Positions 35,008 to 44,647 of a stretch of 47,680 nt of DNA are shown piece by piece. Positions within the stretch are counted from its first letter, which is position 1, and every line of letters starts with the position of its first letter. Source of the DNA: Planctomycetota bacterium. Lineage in GTDB: Bacteria; Planctomycetota; PLA2. The notes below the pieces were generated by a model. That model saw nothing but the letters and a program-made list of their open reading frames with translations, was not told the DNA's origin and did not search any database. The stretch spans positions 1 to 47,680 of the forward strand of contig JBCDBY010000002.1 in the NCBI GenBank assembly GCA_039182715.1, given 5' to 3'. The position numbers and the translations under genes are program-made.

Positions 35008-36105
35008 ATGGGTTTCAAGTGCGGCATCGTCGGTCTGCCCAACGTCGGGAAGTCGACCATCTTCAACGCGATCACGCGCAGCGGGCAGGCGCAGGCGGAG
35101 AACTTCCCCTTCTGCACGATCGAGCCGAATGTGGGCGTGGTGCCGGTGCCGGACGAGCGCGTCGACAAGCTCACCGAGCTGGTCCAGCCCAAGAAGACGA
35201 TCTTCACCTCCATGAACTTCGTCGACATCGCCGGGCTCGTGCGCGGCGCGTCGAAGGGGGAGGGGCTCGGCAACAAGTTCCTCACCCACATCCGCGAAGT
35301 CGACGCGATCGCCCACGTGGTGCGCTGCTTCGAGGACGGCGACGTCGTCCACGTCGACGGCAAGGTCGACCCGATCGCCGACATCGAAACGATCGAGGCG
35401 GAGCTCGCGCTCAAGGATCTCGAGTCGGTGCAGAACGCCAAGCACCGCGACGAGAAGAAGGCGCGCGGCAACGACAAGGCGGCCAAGGCGGCGCTACCCA
35501 TGTACGACGAGCTCATTGCGCTGCTCGACGAGGGCAAGCCGGCGCGCAGCTACGAGCCGGCGGACTCGCTCCGCAAGACCTTCCGCGAACTCTGGCTGCT
35601 GACCGCCAAGCCGATTCTCTACGTCGCCAACGTGAGCGAGGACGACCTGCCGGACGGCGGCGAGCTGGTGCAGCGCGTCCGCGAGCACGCGGCGAAGGAG
35701 AACGCCCAGGTGGTCGTCATCTCCGGCAAGATCGAGTCGGAGCTGATCGAGATGCCCGACGAGGAGGCGCAGGAGTTCCTCTCCGACCTCGGCTTGGAGG
35801 AGCCCGGCCTCAACCAGCTCATCCGCGCCGGGTACACGCTGCTCGGCTTCATCACCTACCTGACCGCGGGCCCCAAGGAGGTGCGCGCCTGGACGATCCC
35901 CGAGGGCACCAAGGCCCCCGGCGCGGCCGGCGTGATCCACACCGACTTCGAGAAGGGCTTCATCCGCGCCGAGACGATTTCGTTCGACGACTTCGTCACC
36001 TGTGGTTCCGAGCAGGCGGCCAAGGAGGCGGGCAAGATGCGGGTGGAAGGGAAAGAATACGTCGTCGCGGACGGCGACGTCATGCACTTCCTATTCAACG
36101 TCTAG
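35008..36105 (+). CDS. ychF: Redox-regulated ribosome-binding ATPase YchF
   Basis: [52 protein letters not shown]. Confidence 0.98.
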   Translation: MGFKCGIVGLPNVGKSTIFNAITRSGQAQAENFPFCTIEPNVGVVPVPDERVDKLTELVQPKKTIFTSMNFVDIAGLVRGASKGEGLGNKFLTHIREVDAIAHVVRCFEDGDVVHVDGKVDPIADIETIEAELALKDLESVQNAKHRDEKKARGNDKAAKAALPMYDELIALLDEGKPARSYEPADSLRKTFRELWLLTAKPILYVANVSEDDLPDGGELVQRVREHAAKENAQVVVISGKIESELIEMPDEEAQEFLSDLGLEEPGLNQLIRAGYTLLGFITYLTAGPKEVRAWTIPEGTKAPGAAGVIHTDFEKGFIRAETISFDDFVTCGSEQAAKEAGKMRVEGKEYVVADGDVMHFLFNV

Positions 36106-36132
36106 GGACTCCCTCTCGCTAAAATCCGTCGC

Positions 36133-38526
36133 TTGGCCCAGCGCAAGAAGAAGACCTCGGCGAAGAAGCAGCCGTCCCTGTTCGACGACCTCGAGTTCGG
36201 CAACGAGGGCACCGTCGCGCTGCACGAGGCGGCCCGCGAGCGTTACCTCAACTACGCGCTGAGCGTCATCACTTCGCGCGCGCTGCCGGACGTGCGCGAC
36301 GGGCTCAAGCCGGTGCAGCGCCGCATCCTCTACACGATGGGGCAGGCGGGCATCCGGTCGGACGCCAAGCACCGCAAGTGCGCCAAGGTGGTCGGCGACG
36401 TGATGGGCTCCTACCACCCGCACGGCGACAGCTCGATCTACGACGCGCTCGTGCGCATGGCGCAGCCCTTCTCGCTGCGCATGCCGCTCATCGACGGCTC
36501 GGGCAATTTCGGCTCGCTCGACGGCGATCCCGCGGCGGCCATGCGCTACACCGAGTGCCGCCTCTCGCCGGACGCCGACCGCACGCTCGCCGAGATCGGC
36601 CAGCAGACGGTCGATTTCCGGCCCAACTACGACGGCACGAAGAACGAGCCGGTCGTGCTGCCGGCGCAGCAGCCCAACCTGCTCATCAACGGCGCGACCG
36701 GCATCGCGGTCGGCATGGCGACCAACATTCCGCCGCACAACCCGGTCGAGGTCTGCAACGCGCTGCTGCGCATGCTCAAGAACCGGCAGTCGCGCGTCAC
36801 GACGATCCTCGAGCACGACCTGCCCGGCCCCGACTTCCCGACCGGCGGCCAGGTGATCAATTCGCGCGAGGAGCTGATCGAGATCTATCGCAACGGCCAC
36901 GGGACGGTGCGCATCCGCGGCACCACCAAGCCGGGGCCCAAGCAGCGCGGCGCCAAGGTGTTGGTGATCGACTCGATTCCCTACGGGGTCAACAAGGCGA
37001 CGCTCGTCGAGCGCATCGCCGACGTCGTCGTGGCGCGCAAGCTGCCGGCGCTCACCGACGTGCGCGACCTCTCGACCGACGACGTCAACATCGAGCTGGT
37101 CCTGAAGCGCGACGCGGACGCGACCAAGGTGCTGGCGTACCTCTACAAGAACACGCCGCTGCAGAGCAACTTCGCCGTCAACCTGACCTGCCTGGTGCCG
37201 ACCGCCAACCCGCAGGTCGGCAAGCCGGAGCGCTGCGGGCTGACGGTGATCCTCAACTACTTCCTCTGGTTCCGGTTCGACGTCGTCACCAACCGCCTGG
37301 AGCACGAGCTTGGCCAGCTTGAGAAGCGCCTGCACGTGCTCGACGGCTTCGTGACCGTCTTCGACGCGCTCGATCGCATCCTCAAGATCATTCGCGCCAG
37401 CGACGGCAAGGCGGACGCGGCGAAGAAGATCATGAAGGAGTTCCCGCTCGATGAGGACCAGACGGACGCGATCCTGGAGTTGAAGCTCTACCGGCTCGCC
37501 AAGCTGGAGATCAACGTCATCCGCGAGGAGCGCGACAAGAAGCGCAAGCGCGCGGCCGAGATCCGCAAGCTGCTGGCCGAGGAGGCGGGCCGCTGGGAGA
37601 TCGTCACGAAGGAGATGCGCGCGCTGCGCGACCTCTACAAGAAGGACCCCGCCTGCAAGCGCCGCACGACGCTCGAGAGCGTCGGCGACGAGCCGGAGTA
37701 CTCGGCGGAGGACTTCATCGTCGCAGAGGACGCGGTCGTGCTGGTGACGCGTGACGGCTGGGTGAAGCGGCAGAAGGAGATTCGAGACCTCAAGAAGACC
37801 AAGCTGCGCGAGGGCGATGCCGTGCTCGCCGCGGAGCCGGGCTCGACGACCGCGCCGATCGTCTTCTTCTCCAACTACGGCACGGCGTACACCGCGAAGA
37901 TCGCCGACATCCCGGCGACCACCGGCTACGGCGAGCCGATCCAGAAGCGCTTCAACCTCAAGGACGGCGAGAAGATCGTCGCCGCGTTTTCGCTCGACAA
38001 GCGTCGCATGGGCGACATCGGCAAGCCCGACGCCGAAGTCGAGCCGGACATCCACGCGGTGGCCGCGACGAGCGACGGCTACGCGCTGCGCTTCTCCTTT
38101 GCGACGTTCGCCGAGACGAGTACGAAGAACGGCCGCAAGTACGCGCGACCCAAGGCGGGCGCCCACGTCGTCGGCGTCCAGCGCCTCGTGCGCAAGGACG
38201 ACGAGGTGCTGCTGGCCGCCTCGCGCAAGGCGCGCGCGATGGTCTGCAGCGCGTACGAGGTCAACTTCCTCTTCGGCGCCGGCAAGGGCGTGCTGCTGAT
38301 CAAGCTGGCGCCCGACGACGAGCTGCTCGGGTTCCACGCCTCGCGCGGCGACCGCGACCTGCTCACCGTCGAGACCAACCGCGGCGCCACGAAGACCGTC
38401 TCCACCGGCAAGTACGAGGTCACCGGCCGCGGCGGCAAGGGCCGCGAGCTCCAGAAGAACGGACACTTCGTCCGCGTTGTCCCGCACGATGTTCCCAGTC
38501 CGGAGCCCCTGGCCCCTGGCTCCTAG
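36133..38526 (+). CDS. parC: Type IIA topoisomerase subunit A (topo IV ParC-like)
   Basis: [28 protein letters not shown]; no canonical GyrA-box at the start of the CTD; TTG start. Confidence 0.8.
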   Translation: MAQRKKKTSAKKQPSLFDDLEFGNEGTVALHEAARERYLNYALSVITSRALPDVRDGLKPVQRRILYTMGQAGIRSDAKHRKCAKVVGDVMGSYHPHGDSSIYDALVRMAQPFSLRMPLIDGSGNFGSLDGDPAAAMRYTECRLSPDADRTLAEIGQQTVDFRPNYDGTKNEPVVLPAQQPNLLINGATGIAVGMATNIPPHNPVEVCNALLRMLKNRQSRVTTILEHDLPGPDFPTGGQVINSREELIEIYRNGHGTVRIRGTTKPGPKQRGAKVLVIDSIPYGVNKATLVERIADVVVARKLPALTDVRDLSTDDVNIELVLKRDADATKVLAYLYKNTPLQSNFAVNLTCLVPTANPQVGKPERCGLTVILNYFLWFRFDVVTNRLEHELGQLEKRLHVLDGFVTVFDALDRILKIIRASDGKADAAKKIMKEFPLDEDQTDAILELKLYRLAKLEINVIREERDKKRKRAAEIRKLLAEEAGRWEIVTKEMRALRDLYKKDPACKRRTTLESVGDEPEYSAEDFIVAEDAVVLVTRDGWVKRQKEIRDLKKTKLREGDAVLAAEPGSTTAPIVFFSNYGTAYTAKIADIPATTGYGEPIQKRFNLKDGEKIVAAFSLDKRRMGDIGKPDAEVEPDIHAVAATSDGYALRFSFATFAETSTKNGRKYARPKAGAHVVGVQRLVRKDDEVLLAASRKARAMVCSAYEVNFLFGAGKGVLLIKLAPDDELLGFHASRGDRDLLTVETNRGATKTVSTGKYEVTGRGGKGRELQKNGHFVRVVPHDVPSPEPLAPGS

Positions 38527-38535
38527 CTCCTAGCC

Positions 38536-40443
38536 ATGTCCTCCAAGTACACCGCCAAAGACATCACCGTCCTCGAGGGGCTCGACCCCGTCCGCAAGCG
38601 CCCCGGTATGTACATCGGCGGCGTCGGCGCGGCCGGGCTGCACCACCTCGTCTGGGAGATCTTCGACAACGCGGTCGACGAGGCGATGAACGGGCACGCC
38701 ACCGAGGTGGCGCTCACGCTGCACAAGGACGGCTCGTCCATCACCTGCGTCGACAACGGCCGCGGCATTCCGGTCGACAAGCACCCCAAGACGAAGAAGC
38801 CGGCGCTCGAGGTGATCCTCACGACGCTGCACGCCGGCGGAAAGTTCGAGGAGGGCGCCTACAAGACGGCGGGCGGCCTGCACGGCGTCGGCTCGTCGGT
38901 CGTCAACGCGCTCTCGCAGAAGATGGTGGCCACCATCAAGCGCGACGGCAAGCGCTACGAAATGAGCTTCGCGCGCGGCAAGACGAAGAGCAAGCTCAAG
39001 TCGCTCGGCGCGGCGCGCGGTAGCGGCTCGACGATCTACTTCGAGCCTGACCCGACGATCTTCCCGCGCACGCGATTCGACCCGGCGACCATCCGCCAGC
39101 GCTGCGAGATCGCCAGCTACGTGCACCGCGGTCTCAAGGTCACCTTCGACGACCAGGTCAGCGGCAAGAAGGAGACCTTCCACCACACGCGCGGCATCGA
39201 GGACTACCTCGACCGGCTGCTCAAGGAGCGCAAGTCGCCCGCGGTGCATCCGGCGCCCTTCGTGATGCTGCGCGACGATCCGGAGTGTCGCATCGAGCTC
39301 TGCATGCAGTGGAGCGAGGCGACCGACGAGTGCATGCGCAGCTACGTGAACGGCATTCCGACCGGCTCGGGCGGCACGCACGAGAACGGCCTACGCGCCG
39401 GCATGGGCAAGGCGATCCGAAACACGATCGAGCTGCACAAGCTCGCGCCCAAGAACCTGACGCTCACCGCCGACGACCTGCGCGAAGGCCTCGTCTGCAT
39501 TCTCAGCGTCTTCATCACCGATCCGCAGTTCCAGGGGCAGACCAAGGACCGCCTCAACAACCCCGAGGTGCAGTCGCGCATCGATCAGGCGGTACGGCCG
39601 GCGATGGAGAAGTGGCTCAATTCCAACCGCTCCGCCGCGGAGTCGATCGTCGCGCGCATCGTGCTCGCCGCCCGCGCCCGCGAGGCGTCGCGCGCCGCCG
39701 CCACGCAGGTCGTGCGCAAGTCGGCGACGAAGGGCCGTCTCACCCTGCCCGGCAAGCTCTCCGACTGCACCAACCCCGGCACCGAGGAGAGCGAGCTCTT
39801 CATCGTCGAGGGCGACTCGGCGGGCGGCACCGCGAAGCAGGGGCGCGACCGGCTCACGCAGGCGATCCTTCCGCTGCGCGGCAAGATCCTCAACACCGAG
39901 GCGGTCGCGGCCGGCAAGGTGCTGCAGAACAAGGAGCTGCACGACCTCGTCATCGCGCTCGGGTGCGGCATCGGCAAGAACTTCGACATCAGCAAGCTGC
40001 GCTACCAGCGCATCGTGCTGCTGGCCGACGCCGACTCCGACGGCCACCACATCACGACGCTGCTGCTCACGTTCTTCTTTCGCCACCTGCGGCCGCTTGT
40101 CACCGCCGGCCGCGTCTTCATCGCGCAGCCGCCGCTCTACCGCATCGACATCGGCAAGGAGACCCATTGGGCGGCCGACGACGCGGACAAGGAACGCATC
40201 CTCGAAGAGAAGACCGGTCGCGCCAAGCCGGAGATCACGCGCTTCAAGGGACTGGGCGAGATGATGCCCAAGACGCTCTGGGCGACGACGCTCGACCCGG
40301 CGCGCCGTCGCCTGCTGCAGGTCGAGATTCCCGAGCCGATGACCGCCGACCGCACCTTCCAGGAGCTGATGGGCAAGGATGCGTCGGCGCGCTACCGTTT
40401 CATCATGGACCACGCCGACGAGGCGGACGAGCTCGACGTGTGA
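38536..40443 (+). CDS. parE: Type IIA topoisomerase subunit B (ParE/GyrB family)
   Basis: VRKRPGMYIG, DNGRGIP, GGLHGVG, EGDSA, PLRGK, DADSDG, RFKGLGEM. Confidence 0.8.
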   Translation: MSSKYTAKDITVLEGLDPVRKRPGMYIGGVGAAGLHHLVWEIFDNAVDEAMNGHATEVALTLHKDGSSITCVDNGRGIPVDKHPKTKKPALEVILTTLHAGGKFEEGAYKTAGGLHGVGSSVVNALSQKMVATIKRDGKRYEMSFARGKTKSKLKSLGAARGSGSTIYFEPDPTIFPRTRFDPATIRQRCEIASYVHRGLKVTFDDQVSGKKETFHHTRGIEDYLDRLLKERKSPAVHPAPFVMLRDDPECRIELCMQWSEATDECMRSYVNGIPTGSGGTHENGLRAGMGKAIRNTIELHKLAPKNLTLTADDLREGLVCILSVFITDPQFQGQTKDRLNNPEVQSRIDQAVRPAMEKWLNSNRSAAESIVARIVLAARAREASRAAATQVVRKSATKGRLTLPGKLSDCTNPGTEESELFIVEGDSAGGTAKQGRDRLTQAILPLRGKILNTEAVAAGKVLQNKELHDLVIALGCGIGKNFDISKLRYQRIVLLADADSDGHHITTLLLTFFFRHLRPLVTAGRVFIAQPPLYRIDIGKETHWAADDADKERILEEKTGRAKPEITRFKGLGEMMPKTLWATTLDPARRRLLQVEIPEPMTADRTFQELMGKDASARYRFIMDHADEADELDV

Positions 40444-40856
40444 TCGAGATCCGCGAGCTGGGACCCGACGACGCCGAACTCGCGCGCGTGGTCGTGGACC
40501 GTTTCAAGACGAGTGGGCATTCTCTCGCCACCATGCAGGAGTGGCTCACGACCGATCGTCACCTCATGCTGGTCGCGCTCGATGGCCGGACGCCGGTCGG
40601 ATGGGTCTACGGCTACCGGCTGCCGCGCGTCGACGTCGCCATCTCGATGTGGCTCCTTTACGAGATCGACGTCGCCGAGAGCCATCAGCGCCGCGGGCTC
40701 GGAAGCGCGCTGACGGGCGCGTTTCTCGAGTTCACGGAGGGCCCGGTCTGGCTGGTCACGAACCGCTCGAACGTGGCCGCCATGACGCTCTACCGCAAGA
40801 TGGGCGGCACGGCGCCCCAGGACGACGACGTCGTCTTCCAGCTGCGCGCCGAATAA
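40440..40856 (+). CDS. GNAT acetyltransferase
   Basis: GTGA overlap; LYEIDVAESHQRRGLG, NVAAMTLYRKMGG. Confidence 0.85.
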   Translation: MIEIRELGPDDAELARVVVDRFKTSGHSLATMQEWLTTDRHLMLVALDGRTPVGWVYGYRLPRVDVAISMWLLYEIDVAESHQRRGLGSALTGAFLEFTEGPVWLVTNRSNVAAMTLYRKMGGTAPQDDDVVFQLRAE

Positions 40857-40897
40857 TTCCGCGATCCGGTACGGCCTGTGCGTCGTATTCCTGAGTA

Positions 40898-41734
40898 ATG
40901 CTCTCGAGCTGGGACGTCGGCACGTATGCCGGGATCCGTGTGCGGATCCACTGGACCCTTTTGGCGCTCATGGCGCTCGTCGGCTGGTCGGAATGGCAGG
41001 CCGGGCGTTCCGCCGCGGCGGGCGTCGGGTTCATGGCGGCCCTGTTCGGGTGTGTCCTTCTGCACGAGTACGGCCACGCGCTCGCCGCACGTCGTTACGG
41101 GATTCCCACGCGCTCGATCACGCTGTTGCCCTTCGGCGGCATCGCCGCGCTCGAGCGGGTGCCGACCGAGCCGCGCCGCGAGCTCGTTGTCGCGCTGGCC
41201 GGCCCGGCCGTGAACGTGCTCATCGCGCTGGTGCTGCTGCCGGTGGTCTGGCTGACCGGCTACGGTATGACGCTGCTCGTCACGAACATCGCGCTCGTCG
41301 TCTTCAACCTGATCCCCGCCTTCCCGATGGATGGCGGCCGCGTCCTGCGCGCGCTGCTGGCGCTGCGCACGTCGCGTCTACGGGCGACGCGCGTCGCGGT
41401 CGGCATCGGTCGCGTCGTGGCGATCGGCTTCGCCATCGCGGCGTTCTACTGGAGCCCGATGCTGCTGCTCATCGCCTTCGTCGTCTGGACGCAGGGCGGC
41501 GCCGAGCTGGCGCATCTCGAGGCGCTCGCCTCGATGAGCACGCTCTCCCCGCACGACCCGCTTGAGAAGCCGCTCGCGATCTTCGCGCGGACCGGCCAGA
41601 GCGAGTTCCCCGTCCTCATGGGCCAGCAGATCGTCGGCGTGCTGCGCCGCGAACAGCTCTCGCTCGCCTTCGCGCGCTTCGGCCCGCACATGTCGGTCGG
41701 CTCCGTCATGGAGCCGGTGACCAAGGCCGGCTAG
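40898..41734 (+). CDS. Site-2 (M50) zinc metalloprotease with C-terminal CBS-like domain
   Basis: HEYGH, AGPAVN, FNLIPAFPMDGGR. Confidence 0.93.
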   Translation: MLSSWDVGTYAGIRVRIHWTLLALMALVGWSEWQAGRSAAAGVGFMAALFGCVLLHEYGHALAARRYGIPTRSITLLPFGGIAALERVPTEPRRELVVALAGPAVNVLIALVLLPVVWLTGYGMTLLVTNIALVVFNLIPAFPMDGGRVLRALLALRTSRLRATRVAVGIGRVVAIGFAIAAFYWSPMLLLIAFVVWTQGGAELAHLEALASMSTLSPHDPLEKPLAIFARTGQSEFPVLMGQQIVGVLRREQLSLAFARFGPHMSVGSVMEPVTKAG

Positions 41735-41743
41735 AAGGGCCGG

Positions 41744-42589
41744 CTAGAAGCGAGTCACGTAGTTCTTGAGCTGGGCGACCAGCGCGGGCGGCAACGACCG
41801 CTCGATGCGTCGCTTGCGACCGATCTCGTACTCCGCCATGAACGGCTCGGGCTCGCCCAGGCCGTAGCTGCGATCGCACCACAGAAGGCCGCCGCGCCGG
41901 TCCGCGCCATACATGTGGAAGTGGCCGGAGCGCGTGATGTCCTCGGTGATGCGCAAGGCGCGCGCATCGCCGAGCAGCGCCACGAAGCCGCGATAGCGTG
42001 CCGGCGCGACGAAGCCCTCGCTCAGATCAATCGTCGCCTCGATGAGCCGCGGCGTGCCGCCCTCGGTCTGCCAGACCTGGCGCACCTCGAACAGCATGCC
42101 GGCGTACGGCCGCCGCTTGCGCATGCCGCGGTAGTAGTGGCGCAGCAGATCCTGGTCCTCCTCGATGTGCGGCTCCGGCAGCGTGTGGATCGCGGTGACG
42201 ACGGCGACGCACCGGCCCGGCAGGTCGGGCCGCGGGTAGTGCGCGACCAGCATGCGCATGCGCGGGTCGGCGGGGTCGATGGCGGCGAACGCGTCGACGA
42301 TGCGGTCGCCGACGAGCGAGCCGTGACCGCCGGTGGGGGGCGCACCGACGGCGGCGAGGTAATTCGGGACGACCGTCCCGTTGCCGACGACGATTCAGTC
42401 GGGAATGGCGTTCGGAATCAGCGTGCCGGGGAAGGGTGCCAGGATCGTCGGGCGCATCGCTTCGGGTACGAGCGGGCCGGGCCGCACTTCCCGTAGCGCG
42501 TAGGAGGGGATCGTGGCTTCCACGGAGCCCGCGTCGAACTCCTCGCACGCAATCGATACGAGAAGCAGGGAGAGAAACACCGTCCGCAT
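41744..42589 (-). CDS. Hypothetical lipoprotein with one in-frame TGA at codon 65 (candidate selenoprotein, 281 aa)
   Basis: Track ORFs 42395-42589 and 41744-42259 share a frame and are separated only by TGA 42395-42397; lipobox-like LVSIAC; GGUC-loop hairpin downstream. Confidence 0.7.
42344..42394 (-). promoter_or_regulatory. Candidate bacterial SECIS element
   Basis: CGGGAC-GGTC-GTCCCG with the loop 20 nt after the UGA; lower stem ATCGTCGTCGGC/GCCGCCGTCGGT (10 of 12 pairs). Confidence 0.6.
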
Positions 42590-42710
42590 ACCCGCGCTTA
42601 CGGGCGCGGATGCAAATGGGTTTGTCTCAACTCATTTGGAAGCGAAACAACCGCGAATCACGGTTACGAAGGCAACCGATCTTCCTCGCGCAACGTGGTG
42701 GCCGGAAACG

Positions 42711-43661
42711 TCAGAACCGGAAGTTGAAGATGACGGCGATCGCCAGGCCGCTGTCGAAGCGCGCGATCGTATCCGTATCTCTTACGTCGAAGCCGCGACG
42801 GAAGCGTCGCTCGAACGTCCACGCGAGCGCGACCTTCGCCTCGAGGTTCTTGTCGGGAATCCACGCGAAGCCGAGCTCGACGCGGTTCTCCGTGTAGAAG
42901 GTCCGAAAGTTGTCGCGCGGGTCGTCGTCGATCGTGAAGCCGAAGTTCGCGCCGCGATAGCGCAGGAAGATGTCGAACTTCTCGCCGAGGTGGAAGGTGA
43001 ACCCGCCCACGGCGTTGATCGGCGGCAGGAAGCGCAGATCGATTTCGAACCAGTCGACCGGTCGCCAGTTGAGTGCGATGAACGGGAAGCCGATCGTCGT
43101 GCGGAACTCCTCGGTCCAGATGCGCGTCCACCCGGCGATCGGCAACGGGACGTCGGGCCAGATGACGCGGTTGCCGTCGAAGTCGAGTCCGAGGTAGAGG
43201 AAGTTGCCCTTCCCGAGGATCTTCTGTGCGGTCAGGCTCGCGAGCCCGTAGGTGCCTCGTCCGTTGTACGGCTTGTCGCCCGCCCAGCCGATGCCGACCG
43301 AGGCCTGGAAGATCCAGCCCGCGAGCGGCGGGCCGAGCCCGAAGCCGACGGCCACCGACGTGTCGGTCAGGCCGCTGGGGATGGTGGGGTCGTCGGTGTC
43401 GAACTGGATGCGGAGCACATCGAATCCGAGCTTGGGCGAGGCGCGCCCCGCCTTCGGATTGAGCTTGATCCGGCCGTCGAAGCCGACGATGAACATGTCG
43501 AAATCGGCGCCGCCCTCGGTCTCGGAGTCGAGATAGAAGTCGATCTCGTAGCGCAGCTGCGCGTTCACGTCCTCCGCCATGGGAGTCAGATTGAGATCGG
43601 CCCGGGTCTGGCCGAACGCGGGGAGGGCCAGCAGCCCGAGGAGCACGAACACCCTTCGCAT
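42711..43661 (-). CDS. Putative outer-membrane beta-barrel protein
   Basis: Signal peptide MRRVFVLLGLLALPAFG, alternating strands, C-terminal FNFRF. Confidence 0.75.
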   Translation of the reverse strand: MRRVFVLLGLLALPAFGQTRADLNLTPMAEDVNAQLRYEIDFYLDSETEGGADFDMFIVGFDGRIKLNPKAGRASPKLGFDVLRIQFDTDDPTIPSGLTDTSVAVGFGLGPPLAGWIFQASVGIGWAGDKPYNGRGTYGLASLTAQKILGKGNFLYLGLDFDGNRVIWPDVPLPIAGWTRIWTEEFRTTIGFPFIALNWRPVDWFEIDLRFLPPINAVGGFTFHLGEKFDIFLRYRGANFGFTIDDDPRDNFRTFYTENRVELGFAWIPDKNLEAKVALAWTFERRFRRGFDVRDTDTIARFDSGLAIAVIFNFRF

Positions 43662-43717
43662 GCGCACGAATTCGACCACAATCCGTCGCTGGATTTCACG
43701 CCTAGAATGGATCGCTT

Positions 43718-44581
43718 ATGAAGTATTTCATCCCCTTCCTGCTCCTGGCCGGATTCGTGTTCGCCCAGGACCCGCAGCCCGAGACGAAGGAGCAGCCGAA
43801 GGCGGAACAGCTCCCGGCCAAGGCCGCCAACCCGGTCGTGATCATGAAGACCTCGATGGGGGACATCGAGATCGAGCTGTTCGCCGATGAGTGTCCGAAG
43901 ACGGTCGCCAATTTCGTCGGCCTCGCCGAGGGCACCAAGGAGTGGACCGATCCGAAGTCCGGCGAGACGGTGAAGAAGCCGTTCTACGACGGGCGGATCT
44001 TCCACCGCGTCATCGACAAGTTCATGATCCAGGGCGGTTGCCCGATCGGGACCGGAAGCGGCAGCCCGGTGAAGAAGTTCGAGGACGAGATCAACGCGAA
44101 GGCGCTCGGCCTCGACAAGCTCAAGGCGGTGCAGAACGGTGCGCCGCACCCGTACCTGCTGATCCGCTCGCAGCAGCAGTGGCAGGCGCAGGTGATCATG
44201 CCGCTGATCAAGTCGATGGGCATCAAGTCGGACGACGAGTTCAAGCAGCGTCAGGAAGAGGCGAACAAGAAGCTTCTGGAGCTGACGCTCTTGCTGGCAT
44301 ACGAGACCCTCGGCTACAAGTACCACGACTCGCGTTCGTCGCACGCGCCCAAGCGCGGCGTGCTCGCCATGGCGAACAGCGGTCCGAACACCAACGGCTC
44401 GCAGTTCTTCATCAACGTCGTGGATACGCCGCACCTGACCGGCAAGCACACCGTCTTCGGCGAGGTCAAGAACGGCATGGAGATCGTCGATGCGATCTCG
44501 AAGACCAAGGTGGGCGCCGGCGCCAAGCCGGTCGAGGACGTGAAGATCATCTCCGTCCGCCTGAAAAAGTCCGACGCCTGA
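43718..44581 (+). CDS. Exported cyclophilin-type peptidyl-prolyl isomerase
   Basis: PKTVANFVGL, FHRVIDKFMIQGG, LAMANSGPNTNGSQFFI, KHTVFG. Confidence 0.95.
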   Translation: MKYFIPFLLLAGFVFAQDPQPETKEQPKAEQLPAKAANPVVIMKTSMGDIEIELFADECPKTVANFVGLAEGTKEWTDPKSGETVKKPFYDGRIFHRVIDKFMIQGGCPIGTGSGSPVKKFEDEINAKALGLDKLKAVQNGAPHPYLLIRSQQQWQAQVIMPLIKSMGIKSDDEFKQRQEEANKKLLELTLLLAYETLGYKYHDSRSSHAPKRGVLAMANSGPNTNGSQFFINVVDTPHLTGKHTVFGEVKNGMEIVDAISKTKVGAGAKPVEDVKIISVRLKKSDA

Positions 44582-44602
44582 TCGAACCAACCCCGGAACA
44601 AG

Positions 44603-44647
44603 GCCGTTCCCAAAGGCATGCGGGTGCCGTTGGGAACGGCTTTTCTT
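44603..44647 (+). terminator. Intrinsic terminator-like hairpin overlapping the next start codon
   Basis: GCCGTTCCCAA..TTGGGAACGGC stem followed by TTTTCTT. Confidence 0.55.
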
